Of a DNA stretch of 64,000 nucleotides, positions 1 to 14,105 are shown piece by piece. Origin of the DNA: Lepidodermella squamata (Eukaryota; Animalia; Gastrotricha); assembly GCA_047495785.1 (NCBI GenBank), contig JBLDXI010000032.1, forward strand, positions 1,364,001 through 1,428,000, read 5' to 3'. The stretch's first letter is position 1. Each line of letters starts with the position of its first letter. Position numbers and translations under genes: made by a program. Below the pieces are notes generated by a model. That model was given only the letters and a program-made list of their open reading frames with translations. It was not told the DNA's origin and made no database searches.

Positions 1-445
1 TATTCGCAAATTAAGCCCGACCTCGGCATCGAAACAATGATAAATCGAACGCGTTAATGACTTTTGCTCATTATCGTGTTCGCGATGTTTTCAGGCAAAA
101 AAATCGGGGTATATATACGCCACATGGAGCGAGCTTTTGTTTTGATACAGCATATACCGGCATCTTCCATTTAACTTGGGCTCGGAATTTTGATTTTGAC
201 GCCCGGCAGTTGGGGAGTTCAGCTATTTTTTAAACAGCCGAATACGAAGGGGCAATATTTATGTTCATCTGGTCTTCAAGAGTTCACGTTTTTTCTACTT
301 GATATTTTTCATTTTTTCCCGTTAAAGACTAATTTCTTAACTGTAATACTTGCTATGATAATAGCTCAGAGACATGTTTGTTGATATCCTTACTTGTTGT
401 TAAACCCTGAAGATGGCTGAATTAAAGCCGAAACATGTTGGAGTT
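1..445 (+). mobile_element. Degraded Penelope-like retroelement 3' end with hammerhead ribozyme-like motif (403-445)
   Basis: CTGAAGA(407-413)-T-GGCT/AGCC stem-GAAACATGTT matches the minimal hammerhead core typical of Penelope repeats. Upstream frameshifted fragments weakly resemble a GIY-YIG C-terminus. Confidence 0.45.
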
Positions 446-1068
446 GACGACTGGTTCTTTTAATAGTCATTTAATGATCTCGCTTTTCCATCAAATCCTA
501 CTACTACTAGACAATTTGTGTATAGTTTTGTTTTTCGTGTACTCGCGTTGAAGTTCCCAGAATAGTTTGTCGTCTTCTATTATAGCTGGTTTCATTATTA
601 ATTTTAAGCGTCGTATCTAAACCGGTGTGCGTGAATCATAACATTCCTTTTGTTTCACAAACAAATTTGTAAAAATTCTCACATTAATTTTACCGTGGTG
701 GTAACTTGGCCAGAAATACTGTTTTTCAAACATCTCATGTCTCTAGTAACATTTATTGCTTTGAATCTAATACAAAAAACCCCGTTAAATTCTCAATCGA
801 TGGGTCTAACCTGGTCTGCAATCGATAAAATCAATTGATTCTACGGAGGTATAAGTGATCCTGACCTAGTGGGGTAACTCGGCCGGTGCATGGGGTTAAT
901 TGGCCGCCTGGCTTTTTCGCTAGGACGATGATTCATCACACCCTATCATGTTTTGGCCAAATTTCAGTGCGCATTTACACGTTAATTACACGTTAATCCC
1001 ACAGTTAATAACCGCAATAAGGTCCTTTAATTTAATATTTGTTTTAGAGCTCATTCTGATTTAGTATT

Positions 1069-4000
1069 ATGCTTATTTATGGCACGTTATTCTTCCTATC
1101 AATCGCGGAATATGTTTCATGCGCTGATAAACCGGTGATTCAGGAGGTTTTCACCGACTCTGGGTCGTTTACGATCGCAGAGGGCGCTGACCACACATTT
1201 CGATGCAGTGGAACCCAACAAATGAGCTGGCGCTACCTTGATCGGTCAGAAAAATGCTACGCAGATTCAAAAGTAAGTAAACACCTCGAAATGAATGACA
1301 ATGTTTAAGGAATAATTTTTAGCTGGAAACGATGGAAAATCGAGTGAAAATCAGCAGTCTCCACTTGGCTGGAAATCGGCATCTTTCGAGGTTGTCTTTG
1401 AGCAACGCTAACTGGCTCGATGTTGGCTTTATCGATTGCTACTATGTCGCAAAACCAACCAGTTACGACCGGTTCTATCTATACGTTAACAGTAATACTT
1501 GAATTTTCGCAATTTTTTTGAACTTTCTAATGATTTTCCTTCAGGTTCGAAACATGCGTTGTTGCCTTGTAGTCGACCAGCGGATATGCAGTCATGTAGA
1601 CTACCTGGTGTTCGCCGTAGCGTTTGGATAAACATGGCTTCCGATTCTGACTACGCGCCTTGCCGGAAGACCTCAGAAAACGTCGAGCTGGAAGTAACCG
1701 CCGATCATCAATACGACGGCCTGGTGCTCAGCCCGATTTTCAGCCCGCTCAATAAAGGCTTTCAACTCGCTGATTTTGTCGACAATGACATGACTAATCA
1801 AGTTGTGGTGACGTGCCGTGCAAAGAACAGCCCGACAAATGATTATTGCTCATTCACCTTGCAATACCCGGCCACTCAACACACGTGCCGGGCTAATTTA
1901 TCGAGAGAAATCGTTGCGAAACCGAATTTTGCCGACGCGAGCGATGTAATCTACCGCGATTCTCACATCACGCTGACATGTCGAGTTAGTTGCGTCGAAA
2001 ATCCAAGTGGTTTCGAGCTGAGTTTGATCAAATTTAACGAGGAAAATCGTGACGTTTTAGCGGAAAGCAAGGAACTACTACCGCGAACAGCCGGTCGAAG
2101 TTCCGGCTATTTCGCTGAGGCGAAAATCGAGTTGATCAATGTCTCGCCCGAGCAAGATAACGGCTTGTATTCCTGCCAGTTTTCAGCGTCGGTTGGTTCT
2201 GTTGAAACGTCGAATTTCACGCTGAATATTGAAACCCCGCGCGCGCCGGTTTTTTCCAACCCGGATGCGCAAACTCTATTTAATATCAGCCAAAATGGCT
2301 CGGCTTCGATGGAGTGCTGGGCTGAGGGCATGCCGCGGCCGCATTACAGCTGGTATCTCGAATCGACTAGCAATCACCTGAGTCACAGCGATGGTCAACT
2401 GATGCGCCCTTTGAACTCGCCGGGTATTTATCTATGCGTGGTGAGTATTTTAAGCTGGATTTTTAAAACAGTTTGAATTTATTTTTACCAATAGGTAGTT
2501 AGTTTTGTAGGAAAAAAGTAGATATGCATGCTGAGTATTTTAAGCTGGATTTTTTAATATTTTAAAATTCTTGATAGCGATTTTATTTATTAGCTATTTT
2601 TAAAGAAACATTGGGAATTATTTCTATTTTGAAGAAAATAGGTGACCTTGAGCTGACTGGCGCATGTTTATCTGTTGCGTCATCGTTTAAACGCGCGTTC
2701 ATCGAGTGGATTATTCATGACAGGGCGTAGTCGCGTGCGCGCGCACTCATATTGCACATTGCACTATGTAGAAAATGCAGGCCTAGTGGCCTAATGGCAA
2801 GGCGTCGGCCTCCGGAGCCGGAGATTGTGGGTTCGAGTCCCATCTGGGTCGCAATATTTTTACTTTTTACTTTTTATTTTTTTTTTTACTTTATTTGTTC
2901 ACATCTATGAACAAATATTGTGTTCAGCTGAGAAAACTAATGCTAATTTATAATTTTTAGGTAAAAAATGCGTTCGGCCCTTCAATAAATCGTACATTTC
3001 GAATCGCCGACCCAAACGAGCCGCCACCGGGCGCTTACTCTCAAAATTCTACGGCGACAATCGCACCGTGGATCATCGCAATTATAGCCGCCGTGTGTTT
3101 CGGGGTCATCCTCGCCTTTGTCTCCTTGGCTCTTTTCATCTACTTCCGCTTGAGGCGAAATAACCGCCGCGTGAAATTGCAAGCGGTTTGGAAGCAATAC
3201 TTCTCAGCCGATGGCTTTATCCCACTCGATGGCAACACCAGTTCAGATCAAACTTCAATCACTCTAGAAACGCCGATGGCTATCAGCTTGGGCGGGGCGA
3301 TTAGCCAACAGCATTTGAACCGGTTGATGTCCAGCCAGTCTTCCGAAGCACCAGGCGATGAAGCTGGCGATGAAAATGTTTGGCTCAGTGAAAAATTGGT
3401 CGAAGTCCCGTATAACGATCGATGCTTCGAAATCGACGAGAAACAGCTTGAATTTCGCGAAGTTTTAGGCCGAGGTGCTTTTGGCGTGGTATACAAAGCT
3501 GAGCTGAAAGTGAATGATTCTTTCAAAGTCCCCGTTGCTGTTAAATGTATCCGCGACTCGTTTGACACCCATCAATACACGGCGTTATCTTCTGAGATCA
3601 AACTGCTCGCGACAGTTGGTCATCATCCGAATATCGTCAATTTGATTGGGGCGGTGACGAAATCGTTGGAAAATGGTGTGCTTTACATGGTGCTGGAATA
3701 TTGTTCTGGAGGCAATTTACGGCGGTTTCTGAATCTTCATCGCGATCGATTTTGCAACACGGAGGACTTCGATTATTTTACTATTAAAGCGGTTAGTTTA
3801 TATAATTTGAAATGTATAATTGATTGCAAGTTTTTGTCGTTTGTAAACGGTTGATTAGATTAAGCGCAAGTAGTTTTATTCGTTTACTGACCATCTTCAG
3901 GGGTATACAGAGGATTAATTTTCGCCTAATTTTAAATTAATTTTAAAGTTAAGGCGGATATTTTAAATTAATGATAGCGATAATCCGAATGTCGCCATCG

Positions 4001-6759
4001 CTTTGCGCAATCGGTCGAAAGTTCCCCAATCATCGACATGATGGCCATTTTCGGAGTGTAGGAAACGGGAGACTACGTTTGAAATATTCGCTCGAAAGAA
4101 ATCAGCGCAAGATGGTACGTCATAATTTTCGAACAAATCCCGCGTGCAATACTTGACGTGTTGCTTAGAAGTTGTCGCACTATTTCTATCGGCAAGTTGC
4201 ATCCGGGCAATAAACATGAATGTAGGTCGTCAAGATTAGTTGGAAGTAGCCTAAAGGCGAAAACAAGCCATTTTAATTGGAAAGCTACTTTGGGAAAAAT
4301 CATCTTCAATTTTCCGATGAAGTCGTTGACTCCATGCCCGCCTTGTGAATCATAAACAATATAGAGCTCGCGTTCAGAATTGGTTGATCGAAACTAGATA
4401 GAACTTGATTAGATAGAACTATGAGAATGTTCCTAAAAGTCTGTTAACTCACCTCTTATCTTGGAAAATGTGCTTTTCTCCTGATGTTTCATTTGTTGCG
4501 AACCTCAAGGGGTGAACAATTGTTAGGCTGCAGTTCGTAGCTCGGTAAAAGGCGATAATCTCCAGCTCAATGGCGAATTCACCGGGCACAAACACGAGAG
4601 AAGCTTACTCCTCAAAGAGCATATCGCTGCCATCGTAGTTTTATAGTTAACGACTGTGCCTCGCCACTCATCGAATACTGGGCTTGTTGCTTCGCAAACC
4701 GTGACCAGTTGTCGTAGTTCCTTTTGTCGATCCTCATTATCGTAAAGTTGGTCGCTGACCGCCCGGAAGAAAAATTTTCTGAAAAATTACCCAAAAGTCA
4801 TGGCATACGATTGATTATTGCAACCCGAACCCATCTGGCTGTGAAAAAAGCGAAGATCAAAATTGCGCCTCGGCTGACCCAACAGTATTTGAAATTCCGG
4901 CACAGTTTGAAAGCTGTCCTCGGCCTCGATCCGGGCACAGGATAACCCATGGCTCACAGGGGTCGTGCAACCAATGCTGGAGCTTTGAGTGGAAGGTTGC
5001 AGCTCCCGGAGCCAAAAGTTAAAGCTTCATTGCCCAGTAGAGACACAGCGGGCTCCGAGATTTCGTCCTGATAGGCATAATTATCAGAATTATCATAATA
5101 GTCTTCGTGGATTCCAATGCTTTTCAAGCCAAGCTTCTCGATGGCTTAGTTGTTTCGGCTAAGATGAGAATTATATCGACTATTTGCCAATTTCCAAAAA
5201 CATACCGCGTTGCAAGCAAAGCTACGCTGGACTGCAAGCTGCAAGATCTGACGAATTCGTCGGTACAAGCACGAATTTTTCATTGAGCCAAGCTTTCAGA
5301 AATGCAGAGAAAATGCATCAGTTTTCTGTTCACGCCACTGGGCCGCAGAGAACATATCGCTCAATTTTTTGTCTTTGAAAAGTTCTTTCACCACTACGCC
5401 AGAATTGCTGTGGGTGAAATTGGAAATGTTGAATTATGCTTTTTCTTTAGTTATTTCGATACCAGAGCAAATGGATTTCATTTTTGAAATTAAAGATTCA
5501 ACCTGTGGATTCAAATAGCATCGATCGCGACAATATTTTGGAACACTGAAAATTGATTACTAATTCAAACGAGCGGAAAGGATTTTCGGAGTTATTGGAT
5601 TAGTCAACGTCACGGTTTTAGATGAAAAGATTGGTTTCAAAATTACCATGATATACCTATCAATTTAAAACAATATTTGGTTGGATAAAAAACATTTTTG
5701 CCAACATTATACTTGAGCAATGAGAAAAAGAATCTTCTTTGAATCTTTGAATTTTTCTCACATTTTACTTCCTTCCAAATCATTGACATTGCCTATAATT
5801 TTAGGAACTGGTCAATGCCGATCCGAACGCAGAAATTCAAGATTACATGGTGCCTAGTTCGTGTGGCTCGACCGCCCTTTCGCCAAACAGCCCTCGATCA
5901 CCCAGTTATTCTCACGCTAATGTTTTATACATGAATGAAAACTCAGTAACTGATCCTCTACTCGGAAAGCATACGGTAAAATTTCGAAAATTTCGGAAAG
6001 TTTTTGAAATTCATGACTTCATTACAGAGCTCCGGTTCTCATAACTCTGGCGCGGTCAACATTAATTTGAACGACGTGAATCGCGACCGATTGTCCCTAC
6101 GCGATTTGACAACGTTCGCCTATCAAATCGCAAGTGGAATGGATTTCATGCATTCTCGGCTATGTTTACACCGGGATTTAGCCGCGAGAAATATCCTCGT
6201 TTGCAACGGAAACATTTTGAAAATCAGCGACTTTGGCATGTCGAAGGACGTTTACAAATACGGCGGCGAGTATAAAAAGAAGAAAACTGACGATAAAGTG
6301 CCTTATAAATGGCTTGCCCCGGAGTGTATTCGCTACCAAGTTTACAACAAAGAGACCGACATCTGGGCGTTTGGCGTCTTGCTATGGGAAATTTTCACCC
6401 TAGGGAAAGCGCCGTACCCTGAAGTGACGAAATTCGACGAAAGTTTTATCAGATCGCTCGAGGAGGAATACAGATTGCCTAAACCTGACTACGCCGATGA
6501 TGCCATAGCTGATTTGATATTGTTCTGTTGGCACAGCTCGCCGAAAATGCGGCCTAGGTTTAAGCATTTAAAGTCGGAATTTGCGAAAAAATTGCCGCCG
6601 CAAGTTATCCGGTATTATGAGTCTATTGACCCTGCACCTTTGACACGTAATCGGAAAAGTAGGCAGACGTTGCCAGAAATTCCTGAGGAATCTATTCCTA
6701 TTCCTAAACTTTCATCGCCCCCGCCAGTACCTCATCGCAATCGAGAAGTAGTATTATGA
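1069..6759 (+). CDS. PDGFR/VEGFR (Pvr)-like receptor tyrosine kinase; exons 1069-1272, 1323-1491, 1545-2440, 2961-3791, 5805-5975, 6028-6759
   Basis: Signal peptide, several Ig domains (e.g. DNGLYSC, CWAEGMPRPHYSW), TM helix, then GRGAFG, VAVK, GHHPNIVNLIGA, a kinase insert, HRDLAARN, DFG and PYKWLAPE. GT-AG junctions keep the frame. Confidence 0.9.
2780..2851 (+). tRNA. tRNA-Arg-CCG: tRNA-Arg(CCG), inside RTK intron 3
   Basis: Acceptor stem GGCCTAG/CTGGGTC, anticodon arm TCGGC-CTCCGGA-GCCGG, T-loop GTTCGAGT, downstream oligo-T Pol III terminator. Confidence 0.95.
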
Positions 6760-7545
6760 GAAAAATTGTTCCTAGTATTTCTGTTTCTATCGCTATGAAT
6801 AATCCGCATTGATTAGTGAAAGGGGGAGATTTTTACCCAGAGGTGGGTGAAACCATAATTTCAATTGTGCGAATGCTGAAAAACTTTACATACTTGGGTA
6901 AAAAATTCTCATTATGTTTTTAAATTTCTCAGCGGCCAAACCTATATTCAAGATCATGCTTTCTGGATCTATTTTTTTTGAATAGATCCAATGTGAATGT
7001 TGAATTTTAGACAAATAATACTAATTGCGCGGTTCAAACTATTGTTATCTATTTAGCCTCAAGTTCCGTAACAACTGTCTAATCTATATTGTTATGCACT
7101 CTTAACTTATCTGCGAATCTTATCTTCAATGGTAAAACTGCCGACCACATGGTGTGTGCTCCTCAGTTTGGTCTGAACGCATGACATTATTCATTACTAC
7201 TAGCCGTCTGCTTTCAGTTCTAGTAGGAAAGACAAAAAAAATCGGAATTATTACTGCTTGTTTTCGACCGATGATGTGATATTTTACTGCGCAATTCGAG
7301 ATTTTACATCGACCTGACCGTGCTTTATGGCATATATTTATTATCGCTTATTGCCTTCGACCTGGTTGTGCAAAAACCATGACAAAAACCGGATTTGAAA
7401 TCCGTTGCCTTTTGCTCCCGCTTGCTTGCTGAATTTATTGTTTGTTTTAAACTTCTCGTTGCTCCTTTAAAGTATTTTCTAATTTTTTATACATGCTGAA
7501 TAAAATACTGATTTTACGTTTACCTAGGGGCCGATTTATTGAAAA

Positions 7546-10500
7546 ATGGACAGTTACGGCCGGTACGCGAAGACTCAAAATAAGACTGAGAACAGTAGCC
7601 TTTTACAGCCACTGCTCGGCTCGCAGTCGGTCTCGTCGTACCATGGAAACGCGTCGAGTCATCACGTGTCTCTGATCCAGTCGATAGGTCTCGCCCCGGT
7701 CACGAAAGTACCGGCCGGTGAACAGCCCCAGATATCGAAAAATAAAGCCAGATTCATCCTAGTCATTTTCATGATTCTTGTCTTCCTCGGATCGTGTCTC
7801 TTCTCCGTCGTCGCGCCTTTCTTCCCGAGTCGAGCGTTGGAGAAGGGCATGAGTCAAACGCTATCCGGTCTCGTTATCGGCTCTAATCAACTGATTCAAT
7901 TCGCCGCCTCAATTTTCTTCGCCTTCACCATGTTTCACTTCGGTCTCAGATTTATGTTAGTCATGGGCGTTGTCTGGGCCAGTGTTTGCAATATCCTCTT
8001 CGGCCTGCTTGATTTAGCGCCGCCCGGTGATGTTTTCATCGCTCTGTGTTTTCTTGTTCGGCTCTTTCAAGGCTTCGGCATTGCGGCGTACTACATTGCT
8101 AGTTTTACCATTGCCGCCATGTTATTCACTGATAACTATGGATTCGTGGTGGGTCTCCTGGAAACCTTTGTTTCGCTCGGATATCTATTAGGCCCTACAA
8201 TCGGAGGTGCTTTGTACGCGGTAAGTAATTTTTCTACAAAGCCTTGACTTTTTTAAACAATTTTTAAGTTATTTTACGAAACAAAATGCTTCTAAAACGT
8301 GAGTGAACTTGACGGACAGTTTTGATGAAGGAAGAGTTTTTGATCAAGTTAAAAATGACGCAATGAAGGGTGACATGAATTTGTCGATCCTCGATTGAAC
8401 TATTTTTAGACCCATCCATTCACCGTCAGATTGGGTCGTAAGTTCATTCGTAAAAGATTTGATCGAATTTAGGATTTTTGCACAGTTTTCGAAATTTCAA
8501 ATCAAAGTGAGTAAATTAGTAAAAAATACAGGCAACGTAAAGTACTCCGCACAAACTCGTACGCTTTTTAGCTATATTTTTGAGAGCGATTACTTCGAAT
8601 AAAAATCGAACTATATCGCACTCGGGCTGCGAACCCGAATCGCCCAGTTCAACTGTCATAATTCCATGCATCTAGCCTCTATGGCCAGCTCACCATATCG
8701 ATCAGCAAATCACGCTTGCCGGCTTTCTGGTCAGTGCCTAATTGGCGGAAACATTCATTAGTCAGTTTTACCGCCGCATGGTCCTCCGGCGAGCCTTCTC
8801 CCGTTTCCAACGAAAAATAACCGCCTGACAGAATTTTAGTTAGGGTGTAAGGTGTACGAAAGTTATGATGTATTCCGCGGCACGTTGTTGCGTTTGTTCC
8901 CAGACAATTTGTAGAAGACTTGCGCTGCAATTCCAGCACATGTTGGAGGAAATGTCCACACTGCAAAAAAATACAAGGTAAAGAATCGAATTATTGTGTT
9001 AGACTGGAGACATGCCGCTGTCATTCGCCACAGCGGCCACGAAAGTCACCAAGTGCGGGTTCCGATTGGGATAACTGTTAATCTTGTCTCTCAAAAGTTC
9101 AACTACGTCGTATTTTTGTGCACTCACGTTTAATTTGTTAATCCCCGGTTACGGATTAACACGGGCTGAGCGGGTGCGGTGTTCTTCAGCTCTTTTAAAG
9201 TTTTGTAAATCTTTCGTAGGCGTACGTCACCGGCTCGCTGCAAGCAGTACAGATTGCACACTTGCTTCTGAGATTGAGGGTTTCCGATCGAGGCGGAATT
9301 GCTTGAACTATGGCGAAAATTTCATAGCCAGATTCTAATAAAGATGCCACAAGGTTATTATTGAATATTAGGAACATCGCGACTATCGGAGATGAGGAAT
9401 TTAAGGCCATCTACATCTCCGAGTCCCGAGTCTTATGAGGAGGGTTAGCGGTCATCGCCAAGATTAGAGCCTTTAAGAGTCACCTGTTCCCGGCTCTCAC
9501 CGGAGGCCAGAGGCCAAAGGAACTACAAGGGACTAGGTGACCAAGCACGTGTCACAGAATGGCGCCATATGAATGGATATGAAGTTCTGCAGCCAATCGA
9601 ACTAATCGGTATCCATTCGCACTTCTTCGCGAAATATTATTGTGGCTTCATTCCGTGACTTGACTATGGCGATAGCTGTAGTGAAAAATCTAGTTTTGTC
9701 TCGAGACTTCATCGGCTACTGGGTCATCCTTGAATCGATCCTTGAAGTTCCAGTTTACTCAATTAGTAACTTGGTCCACGACTCACCAAAGACATCGAAG
9801 GTTTTCGCCCCAAATGGCCACCTTTTCAGCGATGAGCTCTTTCAGGCGCTCCTTATCTTTGCGTGCGGCCCTTTGAAAGACCGTCGGCGACCCAAAAGTG
9901 GGAACCTCTGCTTTTACTGAGAGCAGCTATTAGCTATTAATACAGGTCCGCCAAGTTCTATCACGTGGTATAAATATTGGCAACATTAAAATTAGTTTCC
10001 TGTTTAAGCTGGATTTTTTTCTGAACAAAATTATGAGAAAATAATTCCACCTCAACCCTTTTCAATTTTTTTATATTTTTAATACTTTTTATTAGGCTGG
10101 CGGGTATATCACTCCGTTCATTGTTCTCGGCGTGATTCTGTTCTGCTTCGCGCCTGTCGTTTATTTCACACTACCAGCTGTCATTCGCGGCGAGCAGGAT
10201 GTCAAGGAAAGCCCAACCAGGGTGTTCAAAGTCATGTTCAAACCCGCTCTTCTCATCATCCTCTACTCAATGATAGCCGCAACCATGACCTCTGTTTTCA
10301 CGGAAACAACCCTCGGCGTTCGTCTGGAATCATTCGACGTCACTGATCCACTTATTGTCGGTCTAGTCTACCTTTCATCATCTGGGGCTTTCTCAATAAT
10401 GGCGCCTATCGCAGGTCGAATTTCCGATAAATACGACCTCGGCTGGTTGGTCATGCTGTGCGGCGCGTTGTCGTGTACAATTGGCTATTTGATTGTTGGA

Positions 10501-10884
10501 CCTAGCCCGATTTTTGACGGCCTCATCCCACCAGGGCTGCCTCAGTTGATCATCGGCTGTTTCCTCGCTCACTGCGGCCTTTCCGCAATTCAAGTGCCGA
10601 GTACGAAAGAGCTGCAACGCCAGGCTCAAGTCTACGGCCTCGACCCGAATGACCCGTCAATTTTGTCGTTCATTTCGGCGGTTTTCGAAGTAACCTGGGG
10701 CTTGGGCGGGTTTCTAGGCGCGACTATTGCTGGAACGTTAATGGAGAACGTTGGTTTTGAACTTGCGACTACGATTCAAGCAGCGATTGTTTTCTCATGT
10801 TTTTTCCTTCAAATTTACAATATTATCAAATTCGGCATTCTGAGAGAATTCCTTTCAAGATGGCGCGGCCGCCGTGGCACTTAA
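7546..10884 (+). CDS. SLC18B1: SLC18B1-like MFS transporter, copy 1 (exons 7546-8220, 10096-10884)
   Basis: Multi-TM MFS protein with APFFPxRAxEKG, GLLETF, GPTIGGALYAAGG, GPSP and FGLRF motifs. Confidence 0.85.
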
Positions 10885-11069
10885 TTGCTCACTAATTGTT
10901 GAAAATGATATTTAATTATTCGAATCAATCATGTGCAATCAATCAATTTCTTTCCTCGATTTTTATGTGATTATTTTAAAATAAAGCAAAATCGATTTTT
11001 TATTACTACGACAGAATAAAGTTGAACGTGATTTTTTTTATTTTTTGTGTGTCATTTAGGTGAAGAAAT

Positions 11070-13984
11070 ATGCCGCATTTTTCGACAGCTGATGAAAGTT
11101 TAACGCGGCCGTTGCTCGAACGGTCGCAGTCGATAACGAACCACCCGGCGGCAACGAATAGCTGTTACATGTCCGTCGTGCCGTCGATCGGCCTCGCGAC
11201 CGTGACTAAACTGCCGGCGCCGGGCCCGAGCCAGCCGCACATTTCGAAGGCGCGATCGCGCGTCTACATCGCCTGTTTCTTAATGCTGGTCTTCCTAGGC
11301 GCGTGCCTATTCTCCGTAGTCGCGCCGTTCTTCCCGACCCGGGCGATGGAGAAGGGCATGCCGCAAACCGTCACAGGCCTCGTTATCGGATCCATGCAGC
11401 TGATGCAATTCGTTATCTCCATCATACTGGGTGAGTTTGATCGACGTGACACATCATTTTCATATGGATAATAGATTCGATCCGGAATCGATCAGGAAAT
11501 GATATACAATTATGACGAATTACTTTGGCCAAATCAGAGAAATCTTAAAAATATTAAAATTTGAGAACACAGGAAATCGTTGAGCGTGATGTCTTTGGTG
11601 GCTGACCACAGAGTTGTCCCTGGGTCTACAGTTTTAGACCCGATCCGTCACGACCCGGAAAATCCCGACCCGGGGACAACTCTGGTTGACCATCATCAAG
11701 TGAAAATTGGGGTTTTGGTGAAATTTTTCATTCGAGGTTCTGAATGACGAATGTATTGAGCAACGAGGCTAATAGCTATTAAGGTTGATGTTAAATCCGA
11801 ATTATGATAAGAGTGCCAGGTGGGAACCTTGAATTTGGGATCCAGCACTAAATTTTCCCAAAATATGGATTTTCGAGTTTCTTGTCCTCCACTCCGGCCT
11901 TGAAAGCCGATATCGATTTTGGCTATCGATTCTACGAATGATGGATTTTTCCGGTATCAGCAGTATTGGAAACCTACTTTGAAAATCTACCTAAATACCT
12001 GGGGTTACCAGGGGCTAAACGTTTTGGCGGCACTAATATTCTCTAGCTTTTAAGGAGGCTCCAAGAGGTCAAAAATTGGAAATTCTAGAAATATTTTTTC
12101 AAGGCAAAAATTCGTGTCTAAATCCCATTTTTCAATTTTTAGTAGTAAATTTATTCCAAAATTGAGGACGGCGGAGAGGATAGTTTTGGGCTATAATTTG
12201 CAGTAAATTATCTGGTCAAGCAGTTTCTGATAGTTTTTGAAATTTTTAAAAATTTACGCGTTTTTCACGAATAAAGTTATGATCCACCTGAATGTATTTT
12301 GAATTATCATATTTTGGCATATATTTGGTTCATTTTGTTTCTTCAAGCCTTCTCTATGTTTCATTTCGGCCTGAAATTTCTGCTATGCGCCGGAATTTTC
12401 GTCGCAAGTTGCTGCTCGATTCTGTTTGGATTGCTCGACTACTCACCACCGGGTGCAATTTTCACCACACTATGCTTCGCAGTTCGAATGATTCAAGGCC
12501 TAGGCGTTTCGTCCTACTACATCGCCTGCTTCACAATGGCTGCAGTTCTGTTCACGGAAAACTACGGTTTCATCGTCGGGCTACTCGAAACAGCTATTTC
12601 ACTCGGATTCCTCCTCGGCCCGACTATTGGCGGGTCGTTGTATGCCTGGGGCGGCTATTTCGCGCCATTCGCCTGCCTCGGTGGAATTCTCTTCATGTTC
12701 GGGCCGATTGTTTTCGCAATCATCCCGTCGGATATCGCGAATCCGAATGACAGCGATGAACCATCCGAAACTCAAAGCCCGATGCGAGTGTTCAAGGTCA
12801 TGTTCAAGCCAGCTTTACTAGTCGTGCTATACACAATGGTGACTACAACAATTTCTTGGGTTTTCACCGAAACCACCCTTGGAGTTCGTCTCATCGAGTT
12901 CGGCATCACTGACCCATTCATAATCGGCATCGTTTATTTGTCATCATCCGGGGCGTATGCTATCGCGGCCCCCGGAGCTGGTCGATTGGCTGATAAATTC
13001 GACATGGGTTGGGCCATCATGCTGGTTGGAACCGTGATTTTGTCGCTGGGATACTTGATTGTCGGCCCGAGTCCGATTTTTTACGGCCTCATCCAGCCTG
13101 GTTTGCCGCAACTGATTGTTGGATGCATTATGACCCACACCGGCCTGGTAATTTCAATTTATTTTTCAAAATAAATTTATTTTTTTATTTTTTTTTAATC
13201 TTAATTTTTCAAAATAAAATTTAAATTTTTAAATTACCCACCTTAATTTTTTTATAAATTCGTTCGAGTAAAAAGTGCCCAATAGGATATAAGATTTCCT
13301 GTTATTAAGTTGGATTGAAAAATTCAGAGAAATTCGGCAATAAACCAGGTAAAATACCGAAAATATCCGAAATTTGTACCATCGGATTTTTCAGTTCTAT
13401 CGGCGGATTCTTCTTCAAATTCTTCAAATTTCTTCAAATTTCAAAAAAATTAATATGACTCTAATTACTCGAAGGACCTAATTACTCGGAGATTTTTTGA
13501 GATTTTGGAGAAATTTTCATTTGTCATCGGGCAATTTTTATTATTTCTATTATTTCGGCAGGCTTTCGTTCAAATCCCAACAACTCGCGAGTTGCAGCGC
13601 CAAGCCGCGGCCTACGGTTTAAACCCAAACGATCCATCGACACTATCTTTTATATCCGCAGTGTTTGAATGCACGTGGGGTAATTTTGTGACACGGTCGT
13701 TTGATAATTATCTTATCTATGACTGCTTTTATCTAAACAGGATTGGGCGGGTTCTTAGGAGCGTTCATGTCAGGTGCCTTAATGGAGAATCTCGGTAAGT
13801 GCGGTATCCATAGAATTGGGTTATAAATGCAATTTCGCCTTTTTTGGACAATTCTTAAACAGGCTTCCCGCTGGCAACTTCCATTCAGTCGCTTGTTGTG
13901 CTTTCATGCTTTTTCTTACAGTTTTACACAATCTGCAAATTCTCGACCAAGTCATTCAAAAAGTCCGAATATCGCGAGATTTAA
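11070..13984 (+). CDS. SLC18B1: SLC18B1-like MFS transporter, copy 2 (exons 11070-11430, 12348-13147, 13562-13679, 13741-13794, 13863-13984)
   Basis: Paralogous to copy 1 over its full length; GT-AG junctions keep the frame. Confidence 0.85.
11609..11684. mobile_element. 76-bp hAT-type miniature element
   Basis: 18-bp TIR CAGAGTTGTCCC(T/C)GGGTC, 8-bp TSD GCTGACCA/GTTGACCA, internal GACCCG repeats. Confidence 0.75.
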
Positions 13985-14105
13985 GACGCTCTCTAACAAC
14001 ACTACCTCAGTTTTTCTCCAAGTTTTAAGCTGTGTTTTAAGTATCACTGATTGCAATAAACGATTTTGTTGATTTATGAACCGCTAGTAATAACTCCTAA
14101 TTAGC

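Noticed and set aside
5258-5300. Inverted similarity to RTK exon 4 (GTSTNFSLSQ appears in ORFs 5184-5378 and 3248-3568)
   Set aside because: Only about 20 nt of real identity with no extension on either side; most likely chance.
3900-5500. Decayed coding-like frames in the large RTK intron
   Set aside because: Probably TE debris, but I could find no diagnostic motif, TIR or TSD, so it is not annotated.
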